Virus record (IMG/VR): IMGVR_UViG_3300036766_000644
Span: 176,685 to 188,569 of that record
DNA from: a virus
Direction: 5' to 3' (one strand)
DNA: 11,885 nt
Under the pieces are notes generated by a model. The model searched no databases. It was not told the DNA's origin and worked only from the letters and a program-made list of their open reading frames with translations. Position 1 is the stretch's first letter, and each line of letters opens with the position of its first letter. Below, piece after piece: positions 11,749 to 11,885 of this stretch. Position numbers and translations under genes: made by a program.

Positions 11749-11885
11749 ATGCAGCTCATGTTGGCCTACGTGGCAGCCGCCACCTCCCCAGAGGAGCTTC
11801 TCTGGATCGCGGAGTTCGCAGCGGAGTTGAAAACCGCGGCGGATACACGCCGTTGGGGCCCGATCCTGGGCCGTCTTGAGAACTC
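11749..11885 (+). CDS. Hypothetical protein, N-terminal fragment (MQLMLAYVAAATSPEELLWIAEFAAELKTAADTRRWGPILGRLEN...) running off the window.
   Basis: GGAAAGG RBS 8 nt upstream. Open to the end of the window. Confidence 0.45.
   Translation, partial: MQLMLAYVAAATSPEELLWIAEFAAELKTAADTRRWGPILGRLEN

Overview
High-GC (~60%) double-stranded DNA phage-like region with two divergently transcribed arms that meet at about 6646-6719. The left arm (1-6687) is on the minus strand. Reading 5'->3' it holds a tandem array of five paralogous small Cys-motif proteins joined by overlapping stop/start codons, then a glycine-zipper membrane protein, a papain-like (NlpC/P60/CHAP-type) cell-wall hydrolase, a 592-aa receptor-binding/tail-fiber-like protein with an internal domain duplication, and a further partial structural ORF at 1-747 that the ORF track misses. 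The right arm (6720-11885) is on the plus strand and consists of small early or accessory gene cassettes. A conserved ~24-bp promoter-like motif (tTTTTAGGGTATCAGTCTTTGAGC) precedes many of them, in seven direct copies. Stem-loops, some with a UUCG tetraloop, or canonical intrinsic terminators follow them. Recognisable products on the plus arm are a GNAT-like acetyltransferase, a 2H-phosphoesterase (LigT/Acb1-like, two HxT motifs), an acidic 4xCxxC protein, a PNK-type P-loop kinase (GISGSGKTT...VVVDNTN), a TM-plus-coiled-coil protein and several small membrane peptides. No rRNA, tRNA or CRISPR array was detected. Most long Arg/Pro/Gly-rich ORFs in the track are antisense artefacts of GC-rich coding sequence. 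All assignments are from reading the sequence; no database search was run.
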